Below, piece after piece: positions 37,221 to 49,645 of a stretch of 64,000 nucleotides of DNA. This DNA is from Felis catus. Its lineage: Eukaryota. The notes beneath the pieces were generated by a model. The model saw only the letters and a program-made list of their open reading frames with translations, did not search any database and was not told where the DNA came from. The DNA lies in the NCBI RefSeq assembly GCF_018350175.1, contig NC_058368.1:180236001-180300000 (forward strand), given 5' to 3'. The position numbers and the translations under genes were made by a program. Positions within the stretch are counted from its first letter, which is position 1. Each line of letters opens with the position of its first letter.

Positions 37221-37745
37221 CTTGGCTACTACATCTCCTGTACAACCAGAACTTTGTAACTTAGAAAATGTGCATGAGCTCATAAAGCTTATTACATCAG
37301 GAAAGAAAGTCCTACTATAATTGCACTAGCACTCTCTGTAATAAAGTTACTCAACTTAGCAGTACAAAACTCTCATCAATATTTTTTACTCTAGTACACA
37401 GTATCATGCAACTATGCAATTGTATTTGAGAAGTTTATTCCTTCTTTGCTTTTATTCAGGGTACTAAAGCACAATTCTTCACAATGAACCCTCTCCATTA
37501 TACCTCCAGACCACTGTAGAGGATCCATATCCAACACCAACAATCTGTCCAACTTTTACCTAAGACAGTTTAGATAATTCTGTACAATATTCCAGGTACA
37601 AGCTTTTGAGGGCATATCAACTGACTCATTCTGAACTTTGTCTTATCACTTTCTGTTATGCTGTTATTAATGCACCTTTACCACAATACAAACAAGTATC
37701 TCCCAGGTCTCTATTCCTAGCCTCTGTTTTAAATGGACTGAGGTA

Positions 37746-37960
37746 GGGGCGCCTGGGTGGCGCAGTCGGTTAAGCATCCGACTTCAGCCAGGACACAATC
37801 TCGCGGTCTGTGAGTTCCAGCCCCGCGTCAGGCTCTGGGCTGATGGCTCAGAGCCTGGAGCCTGTTTCTGATTCTGTGTCTCCCTCTCTCTCTGCCCCTC
37901 CCCCGTTCATGCTCTGTCTCTCTCTGTCCCAAAAATAAATAAACGTTGAAAAAAAATTTT
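37746..37960 (+). mobile_element. Young SINEC_Fc-type element
   Basis: Perfect TSD aaatggactgaggta at 37731-37745 and 37961-37975. Confidence 0.96.
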
Positions 37961-40039
37961 AAATGGACTGAGGTAGACTTTCTAGTGTACTTGCTGTTCA
38001 TTTCAGAACTGACATTCTCAAGAATGTCATGCATTCCCATGTGATCCATTAAATGGAATCCACTGAGAGGGGTGGCTAGTGATTTAAAATTCTAAATCTA
38101 ATGAACAACATTTTCATGAATTCAGAGTTTTGGGAGTAACTACTGTAAACTGGCAATAGCAGTGGGCTACCTCACTGGTGGTAAGGCCCACCCTACTCAC
38201 TAGATTTCATGCCAGGGCTTGAAGCAGCCTCTACCACACTCTACAAGTGACAATTTCTCCAGGTATCTTTTCCCCACCCTCATCCTCCATCAGTCTCATC
38301 ACATTACTGCTGTCATTTTCAACAAGACTGTGGCTTAGAGTTCCAGAACCACCCTCCCTTATGGTATGCAAACCTCAGCAGCTTTCTCAGGCCTCTTCCC
38401 ACTGCCTCATTGCTGGTGGCAGCTTTGGAACTGATAAAAACCAAGTTTTCAAATCTTGCTTTTAACCAGAAGCATCCTTACCCAGAGCAGTGTTTGATGA
38501 CTCCCAGAGAACTTTTCTGTCTCCTGGCTTTGGTTCCTACCTGGCATATCCATTTCTTACAGCCTGTCTGTTGAGATGCTACAGCCTGGGGCACCCATCA
38601 GCCAGCAAGACTTTCAGTCCAGTTGGACATGTTCCACCTATCCTGTGCATGACTCCAGAATGCTACCAAGGCAAGGATTTATACCAGGTATTGGCATCCT
38701 AAGGTGTCAAAATGCTCTTCCATTAAAATTTTCATCTGGGGCCACTGATAACATTGAAATCTGTCTCATTCCCAAAGGTTTATTCACGGTGGGTCCTATC
38801 TACTCAAGATATTTCTTCAAGTGCTAATTTGGCATTATGACCCAGACAATTTTCTCTGACAGAGAATAAGAACAAATATAGCCAGTTAAAATTTATTTAC
38901 AATTGACTTGTTATTCCATAAAATATGGCCTATAGTGATGTTCATAATTACATCTGTGACTGGGCCTTAATAGTTAACATGGAGCACACCAGTCCTACTC
39001 ACAGACTTAAAAATATATATGAGAAACTTTGCTATATTTCTCTCATACACCATTCTAGAAAATTGCCTGAGGATGACCAGCAGTGATTTAGGTAAAACCA
39101 GCTGGAAGCTGTGTAACCTCATCCCCGGTATCATTAGTATTTAAACAGTCATGCATGAAATGGCTTCTCCAACCTGGTTTCTAAAAACCTTGGTTCACTT
39201 CCAAAGGTGACTCCAGGGATTTGTATCTCCATCCCCAGTGAGTCACAGCTGTATCTAATCAAGATGGGGTGAGCTATGATGCAGCAATGTAACCTTCAAA
39301 TCTCAATGGATTAATATAACTATATATATTTCTTGCCTACTTTTCATGTCCACTGAAGGTCCATTGGAGTTATGCTCCACATAGTTACTAAAGGGCTCAC
39401 GTATCAACATCTTGTGGCTGTAATATGAGAAACAAGAGAGCTTCCATTATTACCACTAGGGAAAAGAGTGCATAGAGAGCTCACTTTCCTTTTTCTGCGT
39501 GTTGGCCTAGGGTTTGATATAGTCATTTCTACTTATAACTCATTGACTGGAACTAGTTACACGTCTTGTCTAATTGGAAGGCAGCCTGGAAACAGGAGTG
39601 AGATAATCAGTGAACAGTAAATGTTTTTTGCCGTAAGTATCTATTGCATAATGCCAGGCTAGCACACCTGGATCAGTGTATCCAACACAAACATCACAAA
39701 TGAAATTTACTGTTCAATGTGCATATATTTAAATTTACTCATTGAGGGAAAATATATTACCTTTTTACTAACACATGACTAAAACCTAGAATCATAATCA
39801 AATTTGTGGCACATATCTAATATAGCTTGTTAACTAAAGCAGAAAAAGAGAACTGTCTCTCCTTTCCTAGTCTCTGGGCCTTAGAGAACAGCTCATGTTC
39901 CTTAAATGGGATTCCATTAACATTTGGCCATTCCATCACTAGTTGTGGCACTTTATGTCTAGGGTGGATCAGACTCTCTATTTCCCTCTGTAAAATTAGT
40001 GACTGGGACTCAGTTAATGCTTAGAAAGCTTTGGTGGGT

Positions 40040-40355
40040 ATATTAGTCAGGGTTCTCCAAAGAAACAAAAATTTATTTTTTCACAGCTCTGGAGACTGGA
40101 AGTCCAAGCTCAGAATGCCAGCATGTTGGGTTTCTGGTGAAAGCTCTCTCTGGCCTGTAGATGGCTTCTCTCTGTGTCCTCACCTGATGGAGAGAAAGAG
40201 AAAGAGTGAGCTCTCTGGTGTCTCTTCTTATAAAGACATTAATCCTATTAGTGTCATACCCTAGGACCTTAATTAACCTTATTTACTTCCTTATCCTCAA
40301 TATAGACATTGAAAGCTTCAACATCTGAATTTTGGAGAGACACAATTCAGTCTAT
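40040..40355 (-). mobile_element. MaLR LTR (MLT1-type)
   Basis: tcacagctctggagactggaagtccaag..ctctggtgtctcttcttataaagacattaatcct..gacacaattcagtctataa. Confidence 0.7.
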
Positions 40356-41454
40356 AAGGAACTACTTTTCCAAAGGTTTTCTTTCTAGAAGAAATCTTAG
40401 AAATCATAAGTAATTCCTCTTTTTTCAGAATAGGAAATTGAGATTCAGAGGTTAGCTGGCTTGTCCATATTACAAATCCTACAATCTAAAAATTTCTACA
40501 AACAAATTACCTAACATCCCCACTAAAATACAGTGGGTCTAACTGAGCTTTCATCAATCCATTACATTTTACCTCTTACAAGCATTTTATAAATTTATTT
40601 CATGAAACTCTTGGCCAATTGGAAACTCAAAGCACCAAACAACAAAACAAAGCAAAAATGTTTTACCTCAACTGGCCAACCACATGTACTTTCATTAACT
40701 TCAATAAAATTTCTATGATCCAACCAAACATTATTTAACCAATTTTCTAGGACAGTTAATGCTGGCCACCTGAGCCAGTACTGGCCATGAAGGAAAATCA
40801 AAGAATGACAGGGAAAATTAACAAAAAATTGCATTAAATCACATCGTGCCCTCGTTTAAATTCTCCATAAGAATTAATTGTTCAATGGAGAAAAAAAATT
40901 AAGGCTGCAGATGACTCATCATTTACCTCAATATATTAAGAATAATTTCTCTGAGACCCCATTTGGACCATTAGTTTGCTCTGCTTTCTAAGAATTTGAT
41001 AGCTAGTAGGGAAACCACAAATATAGCCATAAAAATTAAAACACTTTTGAACTTCAGTTGCTCTCATGGCTCCTCTTTGACACCAGTCAACTCTAAATAA
41101 CCTGTGTGTGGTTTCATTCTTGCCTGTATGGATTCCCTCATTTCTCTAGGAATTCTTTGTCAGTGGGGCCAAATCAGAGCCTGACAGAAAACATAAGCAA
41201 CCCCACAATTCCTTGTTAACCCTAAGTAACTCTGACTACAGTTTAGTTTCTTTGTCAATGATTTTTAACTTCATTTTGGCTTCTCTGCTCTTTAAGAATT
41301 TCTAGGAAGATGGAGAAATTCAAGACTTCCAGAAAGAAATAATTAGACTACAGTTGACACCTCCTGTACTACTGATTCCTTGATGATTCCAGTTTGCCTT
41401 TGGAAGTTCTCCCTGATGTCAGATGATAAAAAGTGAGTTTAATGAGTTTTAATG

Positions 41455-44400
41455 ATTTTTCCCCAGCTTTGCTGAGATATAACTGACATAAAACATTGTG
41501 GAAGTTTAAGGTATACAACATGATTTGATATATGTATGTATTATGAAATGATTACCACAATAAGGTTATTTAATACATCTATCACCTTACATCATTCCTT
41601 TTGTTGTTGTTGTTGTTGTTGTTTATTTATTTTAAGAGAGACAGACAGAGCATGAGTAGAGGAGGGGCAAGAGAGAGGGAGAGAGAATCCCAAGTAGGCT
41701 CTGTGCTCCTGCCCAGCTCAGTGTTCAAACTCATGAAATTGTGATATCATGAATGACCTGAACCAAAGCCAAGAGTCACATGCTTAACAGACTGAGCCAC
41801 CCAGGTGCCCCCTAGTTACAATTTTTTTGTATGTGATAAGAACTTTTAATATCTATTTCCTTATCAATTTTCTTTTATTTATTTTTTAAAATTTACATCC
41901 AAGTTAGTTAGCATATAGTGCAACAATGATTTCAGGAGTAGATTCCTTAGTGCCCCTTACCCATTTAGCCCACCCCCCCCAAAAAAAACCCTCCAGTAAG
42001 CCTCTGTTTGTTCTCCATATTTAAGGGTCTCTTATGTTTTTGTCCCCCTCCCTGTTTTTATCTTATTTTTGCTTCCTTTCCCTATGTTCATCTTTTTTTG
42101 TATCTTAAAGTATTCATATGAGTGAAGTCATATGATTTTTGTCTTTCTCTGACTAATTTCACTTAGCTCTACATCTACTTAGCTCTAGTTCCGTCTACAT
42201 AGTTGCAAATGGCAAGATTTCACTCCTTTTGATTGCTGAGTAATACTCCATTGTGTGCTGAGTATAACTCCATATATATACCACATCTTCTTTATCCATT
42301 CATCCGTTGATGGACATTTGGGCTCTTTCCATACTTTGGCTATTGTTGATAGTGCTGCTATAAACATTGGCCCTTCAAAACAGCACACCCATATCCCTTG
42401 GATAAATACCTAGTAGTGCAATTGCTGGGTTGTAGGGTAGTTCTATTTTTAGTTTTTTGAGGAACCTCCATACTGTTTTCCAGAGTGGCTGCACCAGTTT
42501 GCATTCCCACCAGCAGCGCAAAAGAGATCCTCTTTCTCTGCATCCCTGCCAACATCTGTTGTTGCCTGAGTTGTTAATGTTAGCTGTTCTGACAGGTGTG
42601 AGGTGGTATCTCATTGTGGTTTTGATTTGTATTTACAGAATTATGAGTGATGTTGAGCATTTTTTCATGTGTCAGTTGGTCATCTGGATGTCTTCCTTGG
42701 AGAAGTGTCTATTCATGTCTTTTGCCCATTTCTTCACTGGATTGTTTGTTTCTTGGGTGTTGAGTTTGAGAAGTTCTTTATAGATTTTGGATACTAACCA
42801 TTTATATGATATGTCATTTGCAAATATCTTCTCCCATTCCATTGGTTGCCTTTTAGTTTTGCTGATTGTTTCCTTCGCTGTGCAGATGAGGTCCCAGTAG
42901 TTCATTTTTGCTTTTGTTTCCCTTGCCTCCGGAGATATGTTGAGTAAGAAGTTGCTGCAGGCAAGAGCAAAGAGGTTTTTGCCTGCTTTCTCCTCGAGGA
43001 GTTTGATGGCTTCCTGTCTTACATTGAGGTCTTTCATCCATTTTGAGTTTATTTTTGTGTATGGTGTAAGAAAGTGGTCCAGGTTCATTCTTCTGCATGT
43101 CGCTGTCCAGTTTCCCAGCACCACTTGCTGAAGAGACTGTCTTTATTCCATTGGACATTCTTTCCTGCTTTGTCAAAGATTAGTTGGCCATACGTTTGTG
43201 GGTCCATTTATGGGTTCTCTATTCTGTTCCATTGATCTGAGTGTTTGTTCTTGTGCCAGTACCATACTGTCTTGATGATTATAGCTTTGTGATACATCTT
43301 AAAGTCTGGGATTGTAATGCTTCCTGCTTTGGTTTTCTTTTTCAAGATTGCTTTGGATATTCAGGTTCTTTTCTGGTTCCACAGCAACTTTCAAGTATAC
43401 AGTATTATTTACTGTAATCGCCATCGTATATATTACATCCCCAGTACTTACTCATCTTATAATTGGAAGTTGGCACCCTCTGACCACCTTCACTCATTTC
43501 CTCTCCTTGGCTACCACCAATCTATTCTGTTTCTAGGAGTTTTGTTTTTTTTAGATTCCACATAGTGAATCCACATAGATTTCACCTAAGTGAGGTCATG
43601 TAGCATTTGTCTTTCTTTGTCTGAATTGTTTCGCTTAGCATAGGATCTCTAGTTTCACCATATTATCATAAATGGCAGAATTTCCTTCTTTTTTATGACT
43701 GAATAACTTTTCATTGTAAGTATATACCACAATTTCTTTATCTACTTACCCAGCAGTGGACATTTACATTGTTTCCATACCTTGGCTATTGCAAACAATG
43801 CTGCAATAAATATGGAGGTGCAGATCTCTTTGAGAGAGTGATTTCATTCCTTCAGGTATATATACAGGAGTAGAATTGTTGGTTTATACAGTATATATAG
43901 AATATATATATTAGCCCTATTTTTAATTTTTTGAGGAATCTCCATGCTTTTGTCCATAGTGGCTACACCAATTTACATTCCCACAACAGTGAACAAGTGT
44001 TTCCTTTTCTCCGCATCCCCACCAACACTTGCTACTTCTTGTCTTTTTGGTAATAGCCATTACAACAGGTGTGAGGTGATTACTCATTTTGGTTTTGTTT
44101 TGCATTTTCCTGATAATTAGTGATGCTGTGATGGCCATCTGTATGACTTCTTTGGAAAAATGCCTGTTCAGATCTTTTGTCCATTTTTAAATTGGGTTAT
44201 TATTTGCTCAGATTTTTTGTTTTTATTTTCTTTTTGCTATTGAGTTATATGAGTTACTTACACACTTTAGACATTAACCCCTTATCAGGTATATGTCTTG
44301 CAAATATTTTCTCCCATTGTGTAGGCTGTCTTTTCATTTTGTTGATTGTTTCTTTGCTGTACACAAGTTTTTTAGTTTGATGTGGTCTTGTTTATTTTTG

Positions 44401-44670
44401 CCTTTGTTGCCTGTGCTTTTGGTGTCATATCTAAAAATTCATTGCCAAGACCAATGACAAGGAACTTTCCCCCTATGTTTTCTTTTAGGAATTTTATGGT
44501 TTCAGGTCTTACGTTTAAGTCTCTAATCCATTTCAAGTGAATTTTTGTGAGTGGTGTAATACAGGGGTCCAGTTTCATTCTTTTTCATGTGAATATCCAG
44601 TTTTCTCAATATCATTTATTGAAGAGATTATCTTTTCCCCATTAAGTATTCTTGGCTCATTTGTCAAAGA
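41455..44670 (-). mobile_element. Older L1 (L1MA9-like) 3' portion with a nested SINE (41600-41812) and a young L1
   Basis: Antisense ORF2 C-terminus (MKLDPCITPLTKI) and 3'UTR. Confidence 0.85.
41873..43382 (-). mobile_element. 5'-truncated young feline L1 (L1_Fc-like)
   Basis: Reverse complement closely matches 22400-23788; degenerate TSD atcaattttc / agcaactttc. Confidence 0.93.
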
Positions 44671-44823
44671 TAAAATTTTAATGTTTAGAACACAGTTATG
44701 TTGAAATGCAGTGATACTGCCCCCACATAGTACCTTAACTGAACCCATTTATTCAGTTCCCTTGGTCACAATATGAAATTGTTATTGTTAAAAATATTCA
44801 AGTTCTCCAAACATGCTATTTTT

Positions 44824-45273
44824 TTAATGTTTCTTTTTTTTAATTTATTTTTGAGAGAGACAGAGTACAAGCAGGGGAGGGTCAAACAGAGGGAGACACA
44901 GAATCCAAAGCAGCCTCCAGGCTCCAAGCTGTCCACAACAGAGCCTGACGTGGGGTCTGAAGTCACAAACCATGAGATCATGACCTGAGCCAAAGTCAGA
45001 CACTTTACTGACTGAGCCACCCAAGCACCGAAAAACATGCTATTTTTATTTTTTTATTAAAAAATTTTAAAAAATGTTTATTTATTTTTGAGAGAGAGAG
45101 AAAGAGAGAGTGTGAGCGGGGGAGGGGCAGAAAGCGAGGGGGACACAGAATCTGAATCAGGCTCCAGGCTCTGGTCTGTCAGCACAGAGCCCGACATGGG
45201 ACTCGAACTCGTGAACACGAGATCATGACCTGAGCTGAAGCCACCGAGCCCAACCGAGCCACCCAGGCGTCCC
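44824..45273 (-). mobile_element. Two tandem feline SINEs (44824-45030, 45048-45273)
   Basis: Two antisense bodies flanked and separated by aaacatgctattttt. Confidence 0.93.
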
Positions 45274-46227
45274 AAAACATGCTATTTTTAAAACCAGCAC
45301 TTCCAATAAATTCTTTATTCATCCTGGAAAGGCTGAGACCTTTTCACTGAAATGCCTGCATTGTCTTCAGTAACTCAGATTTCTCAGAGGTCCTCAGCTC
45401 CCAGGCCCCTGTGCATCTTGGTGTTCTACTCAGGGCTCTGTGCCTTACAAAGAAAGGGTAGCTGGCATTCCTCTCAGTCCACCAGATACAGGGTCATGGG
45501 AACAGATGACCTTGAAGGTACAGGGATAGGTGATACTCCTGGTATGTGGGCACAGGTAGGCCTGAAATCTGGATAGACTAGAAGGAAAAGGAAGGAATCT
45601 GAAAAGTAGTAGAGGAAAAAGAGGAGAGAAAGAGAAAGTGGAGGAGGAAAAACATACCCTTTAAGGCTAAGAGACATGGGTCCCAATCCTGGCTCTTTGC
45701 GTTGTCAACTGTGTCTTCAATGGAATAATCAGGTTATAAAGAGTATAGAGTCTAACAATAGGTGCTTAAATGAGTAGTTCTTACCAAAGCTATTAAGCCA
45801 GAGCAGGTATAGAGGGGCTTATGATGTTGGCAGAATTTCTTTACTGCTAGGTATGGACACATTTTTATTTAACTATGCTTGACATCTCTTAAGAAGCAAA
45901 TAGGTATTTACTAAGCAAAATCATAGGAAGAAAGAATTTCTTTCCTATCCAATCCTTATTCTTATTTCAGTTTCCTCCTAGATTGGTGCTTCAGCCTTCT
46001 TATGATTTTTGCACTCAGTCATGCAAACCCAGTGACAGGCAACTGAACATCAGCCCAAAGGAATTAAAAGGATTATTTTTCCAAGGGAAAGGGGAAAGAC
46101 TTTTGACAAGAATAAAGACTTAATTTGACCAAGTCTCACTGATTCAACCCTGACTTTATAGTTCTTCACAAAACAAGCCCTTTGGGTTGTTAATTTGTCA
46201 GGCATTAAACATTACTTTTCTAAATAC

Positions 46228-46769
46228 CTTTTTAAAGTTTATTTATTTTTAGTAATCTCTACTCCCAACATGGGGCTCAAATGCACAACCCCCAAATCAA
46301 GAGTTGCACACTCTTCCAACTGAGCCAGCCAGGCATCCCTATACATTCTTTAAGCCCAATGTGGGGCTTAAACCCATGAACCATGAGATCATGACCTAAG
46401 CTGAAATCAAGAACTGGATGCTCAACCAAATGAGACACCCAGGTGCCCCCTTACACATTATTTTTCTGACATCACTTTCTAAAGGAAGAAAAATTCCTCC
46501 TACGTTCCTAGTACTGAGCTAAATGTTTCATCTCCTATAATCCTCACAGGAACCTTGGAGAGAAGGTATTATTGCTTCCATTAACAGACGGGGAAGCTAA
46601 TGACTGAGAGAGGAAGTGACTTTCCCAAGCCAAGGTACATAGCTTGTAAGTAGTAACTAACATTTGTTGAGTGTCTACCAAGAGCTATCTCAGTTATTAT
46701 TACTGGTGGTGGTGGTGGTGGTGGTGGTGGTGGTAGTAGAAGCAATGGTAGTTGACTACCATTTTGTAA

Positions 46770-46818
<49 letters not shown>

Positions 46819-47055
46819 GTATATTTTGAGAGAGAAAGAGTGCACAGGTGCGTGAGCAGGGAAGAGGCAGAGAGAGGGAAAGACAGAATCCCAAGCAGGC
46901 TTTGTGCTGTCAGTGCAGAGCCCGATGCAGGGCTTGATCAGACAAACCGTGAAATCATGACCTGAGCTGAAATCAGGAGTTGGATGCTTAACAGACTGAG
47001 CCATCAAAATTTTGCAAATATACATACATACACACACACACATACTCTCTCTCTC

Positions 47056-47120
<65 letters not shown>

Positions 47121-47125
47121 TATAT
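46228..47125. repeat. Cluster of SINE fragments, MIR, (GGT)n ~46704-46733, (TA)n ~46773-46814, antisense SINE ~46820-47003, and a compound (CA)n(CT)n(CA)n
   Basis: Simple repeats and SINE motifs seen directly. Confidence 0.85.
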
Positions 47126-47428
47126 GCTAGTGTTTGGGGTTGATACAAAAATATATATTTTTAACACTGTGCTTATAATATATAGATGATATATATGTAT
47201 ATATGACTATCAAAAATGATAGACACTACCATATAATTGTTAGCTATTATGTATAATATATAATTCTATAATTCTGTCTAGTTGGAAAGAGTAAATAAGA
47301 ATACACACACACACACTCACATACATATATACTCATTTGTCCTCCTCAACTAGATACACAAATTATTTAACATGTCCAGAGTCAAACAGCTAATAACTAG
47401 TGGAACCAGGGTTTAAAACCATATCCAG

Positions 47429-47635
47429 TGGTGCCTGGGTGGCTCGGTTGGGCGTCCAACTTTGGCTCAGGTCATGATCTCACCGCTCATGAGTTCAAGC
47501 CCTGTGTTGGGCTCTGTGCTGACAGCTCAGAGCCTGGAACCTGTTTTGGATCTGTGTCTCCCTCTCTGTCTCTGCTCCTCCCCTGCTTGCACTCTGTCTA
47601 TCTCTCTCTCTGTCAAAAATAAACGTTAAAAAAAT
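47429..47635 (+). mobile_element. Feline Can-SINE
   Basis: tggtgcctgggtggctc head, gctgacagctcagagcctgg body, A-rich tail. Confidence 0.9.
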
Positions 47636-47700
47636 TTCAAACAATATCCAACCTTATACATTCTGCCCTTAATTGCAGTCCTACGTGGCCACATCCCCAT

Positions 47701-48350
47701 TGTATTAGTCTGCTAGGGCAGCCACAACAAAACACCACAGACTGTGGGTGGCTTAAAAACCAGAGATTTATTTTCTCACCATTCTAGAGACTCAAAAGCC
47801 CAAGATCAAGATACCAGAAGAGTTGGTTCCTGATGAGAATTCTCTCCTCAGCTTATGGGTAGCTGCCTTCTTAATGTATCTTTACATGGGCTTTCCTCTA
47901 TGCATGTGTGATGTGGGAGGAAGAGAAATATCTCTGGTGTCTCTTCCTCTTCTTCTTCTTCTTTTTTTTTTTTTTCAACGTTTATTTATTTTTGGGACAG
48001 AGAGAGACAGAGCATGAACGGGGGAGGGGCAGAGAGAGAGGGAGACACAGAATCGGAAACAAGCTCCAGGCTCGGAGCCATCAGCCCAGAGCCTGACGCG
48101 GGGCTGGAACTCACGGACCGCGAGATCGTGACCTGGCTGAAGTCGGACGCTTAACCGACTGCGCCACCCAGGCGCCCCTCTTCCTCTCCTTATAAGGACA
48201 CCAGTCCTATCAAATTAGGACCCCATTCTTATGACTTCATTTAACCTTAATCACCTCCTTAAATGCCCCATCTCCAAATACAGTCACATTGAGGGTTAGG
48301 CTTCAACATATCAATTTGGGAGGGAGGAGGGGACACAGTTTAGTCCATAA
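47701..48350 (-). mobile_element. MLT1A-type LTR interrupted by a young SINEC_Fc (47960-48178, -)
   Basis: tgtattagtctgctagggcagccacaacaaaacaccacagac..gacacagtttagtccataa; SINE TSD (c)tcttcctct. Confidence 0.85.
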
Positions 48351-49211
48351 ACTCACCATCTTCATAGTTGGTAGGCAAGGTTAAGGCAAGGAGAAATTAA
48401 GTAACTCTTCCAGAGCCAAACAGCAGGGCAGTGTTTGAACTGTGTAAAAACCCAGCCCATATCCTGTGAACTTCTTCAGAGAAAGAATATGTACTTCTCC
48501 TGTACTTTAACAAAGAGTTAGGGCATGATTTTAAGCTGATTAATTTTTCTACTAACCTTGCATTACCAAATCTGTCAAATTCAATGGCCAGTACTGACAG
48601 GGTACAGAGACATGTAATTTTCATGCATTGTTGCTGACACTGTGACGTGGTACCCTCACTCTGGGAGCCATTTGGTAATATGTGCTGAATCCTATAATAT
48701 GAGTGCACCCTCTGAGTCAACAATTCCATTTCTTTGCTATGTGTTAGAAGATCATCATGGATATGTGCAAAAATTTAGCTCCAAGAATCTTCACTGCATT
48801 CTTATCTGAAAAAGCAGAAGTTAGGAAATAAGCTCTGTGCTCAACAAGAAAGGATTAACATAAATTGTAGTATATCCATAAAATGAAATAAAAATTCAGC
48901 TAAAATTGATGTTTTGGAAGAACATGCAAAGCCATGGAACAATGCCCATGATATATTAACTGAAAACAAAATGGTTAAAATATGACTCTTTTCAATTATA
49001 AATGTAAAACATATGCATAGGTTTGCACACAGAACAAACAACATACAACGTTTATAAATGTAATAGAATTATTGGTAACTTTTGTTCTCTTTTTCTTGTT
49101 CATCTATAGTCTCTAAAATTAGTTTTGTGGCAAGGGGAAAAACATTGTTGTTTAAAAGAATAACTATAATATTACATCTGAACTGAATTTTGATTAAAAT
49201 AATTTGAGTAT

Positions 49212-49357
49212 GGGGCATCTGGGTGGCTCAGTCAGGTAAGCCTCTTGACTCTTGATTTTGGCTGAGTCATGATCTCATGGTTTGTGAGATTGAGTCCCAC
49301 TACTCATGCAGAGCCCGCTTGGGATTCTCTGTCTTCCTCTCTGTCTGTCTTTCTCCA

Positions 49358-49392
<35 letters not shown>

Positions 49393-49645
49393 ATAAATAA
49401 ATAAACATAAAAAAAAAAGACTCTGGGGCACCTGCATGGCTCAGTTGGTTGAGCATATGACTCTTGGTTTCAGGTCAGGTCATGATCTCACAGTTCCTGA
49501 GTTCAAGCCCTACATTGGGCTCCATGCTGACAGTGCAGAGCCTGCTTGGAATTCTCTCTTACCCTCTCTCTGTGCCTCTTCTCTATGTAAATAAATAAAT
49601 AAATAAACAAACAAATAAATAAATAAACCTAAAAAATAAAAAAGC
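49212..49645 (+). mobile_element. Two Can-SINEs, the second (from 49425) inserted in the tail of the first
   Basis: Inner TSD aaaaaag(a/c)ctct; outer TSD att(t/c)gagtat. Confidence 0.88.
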
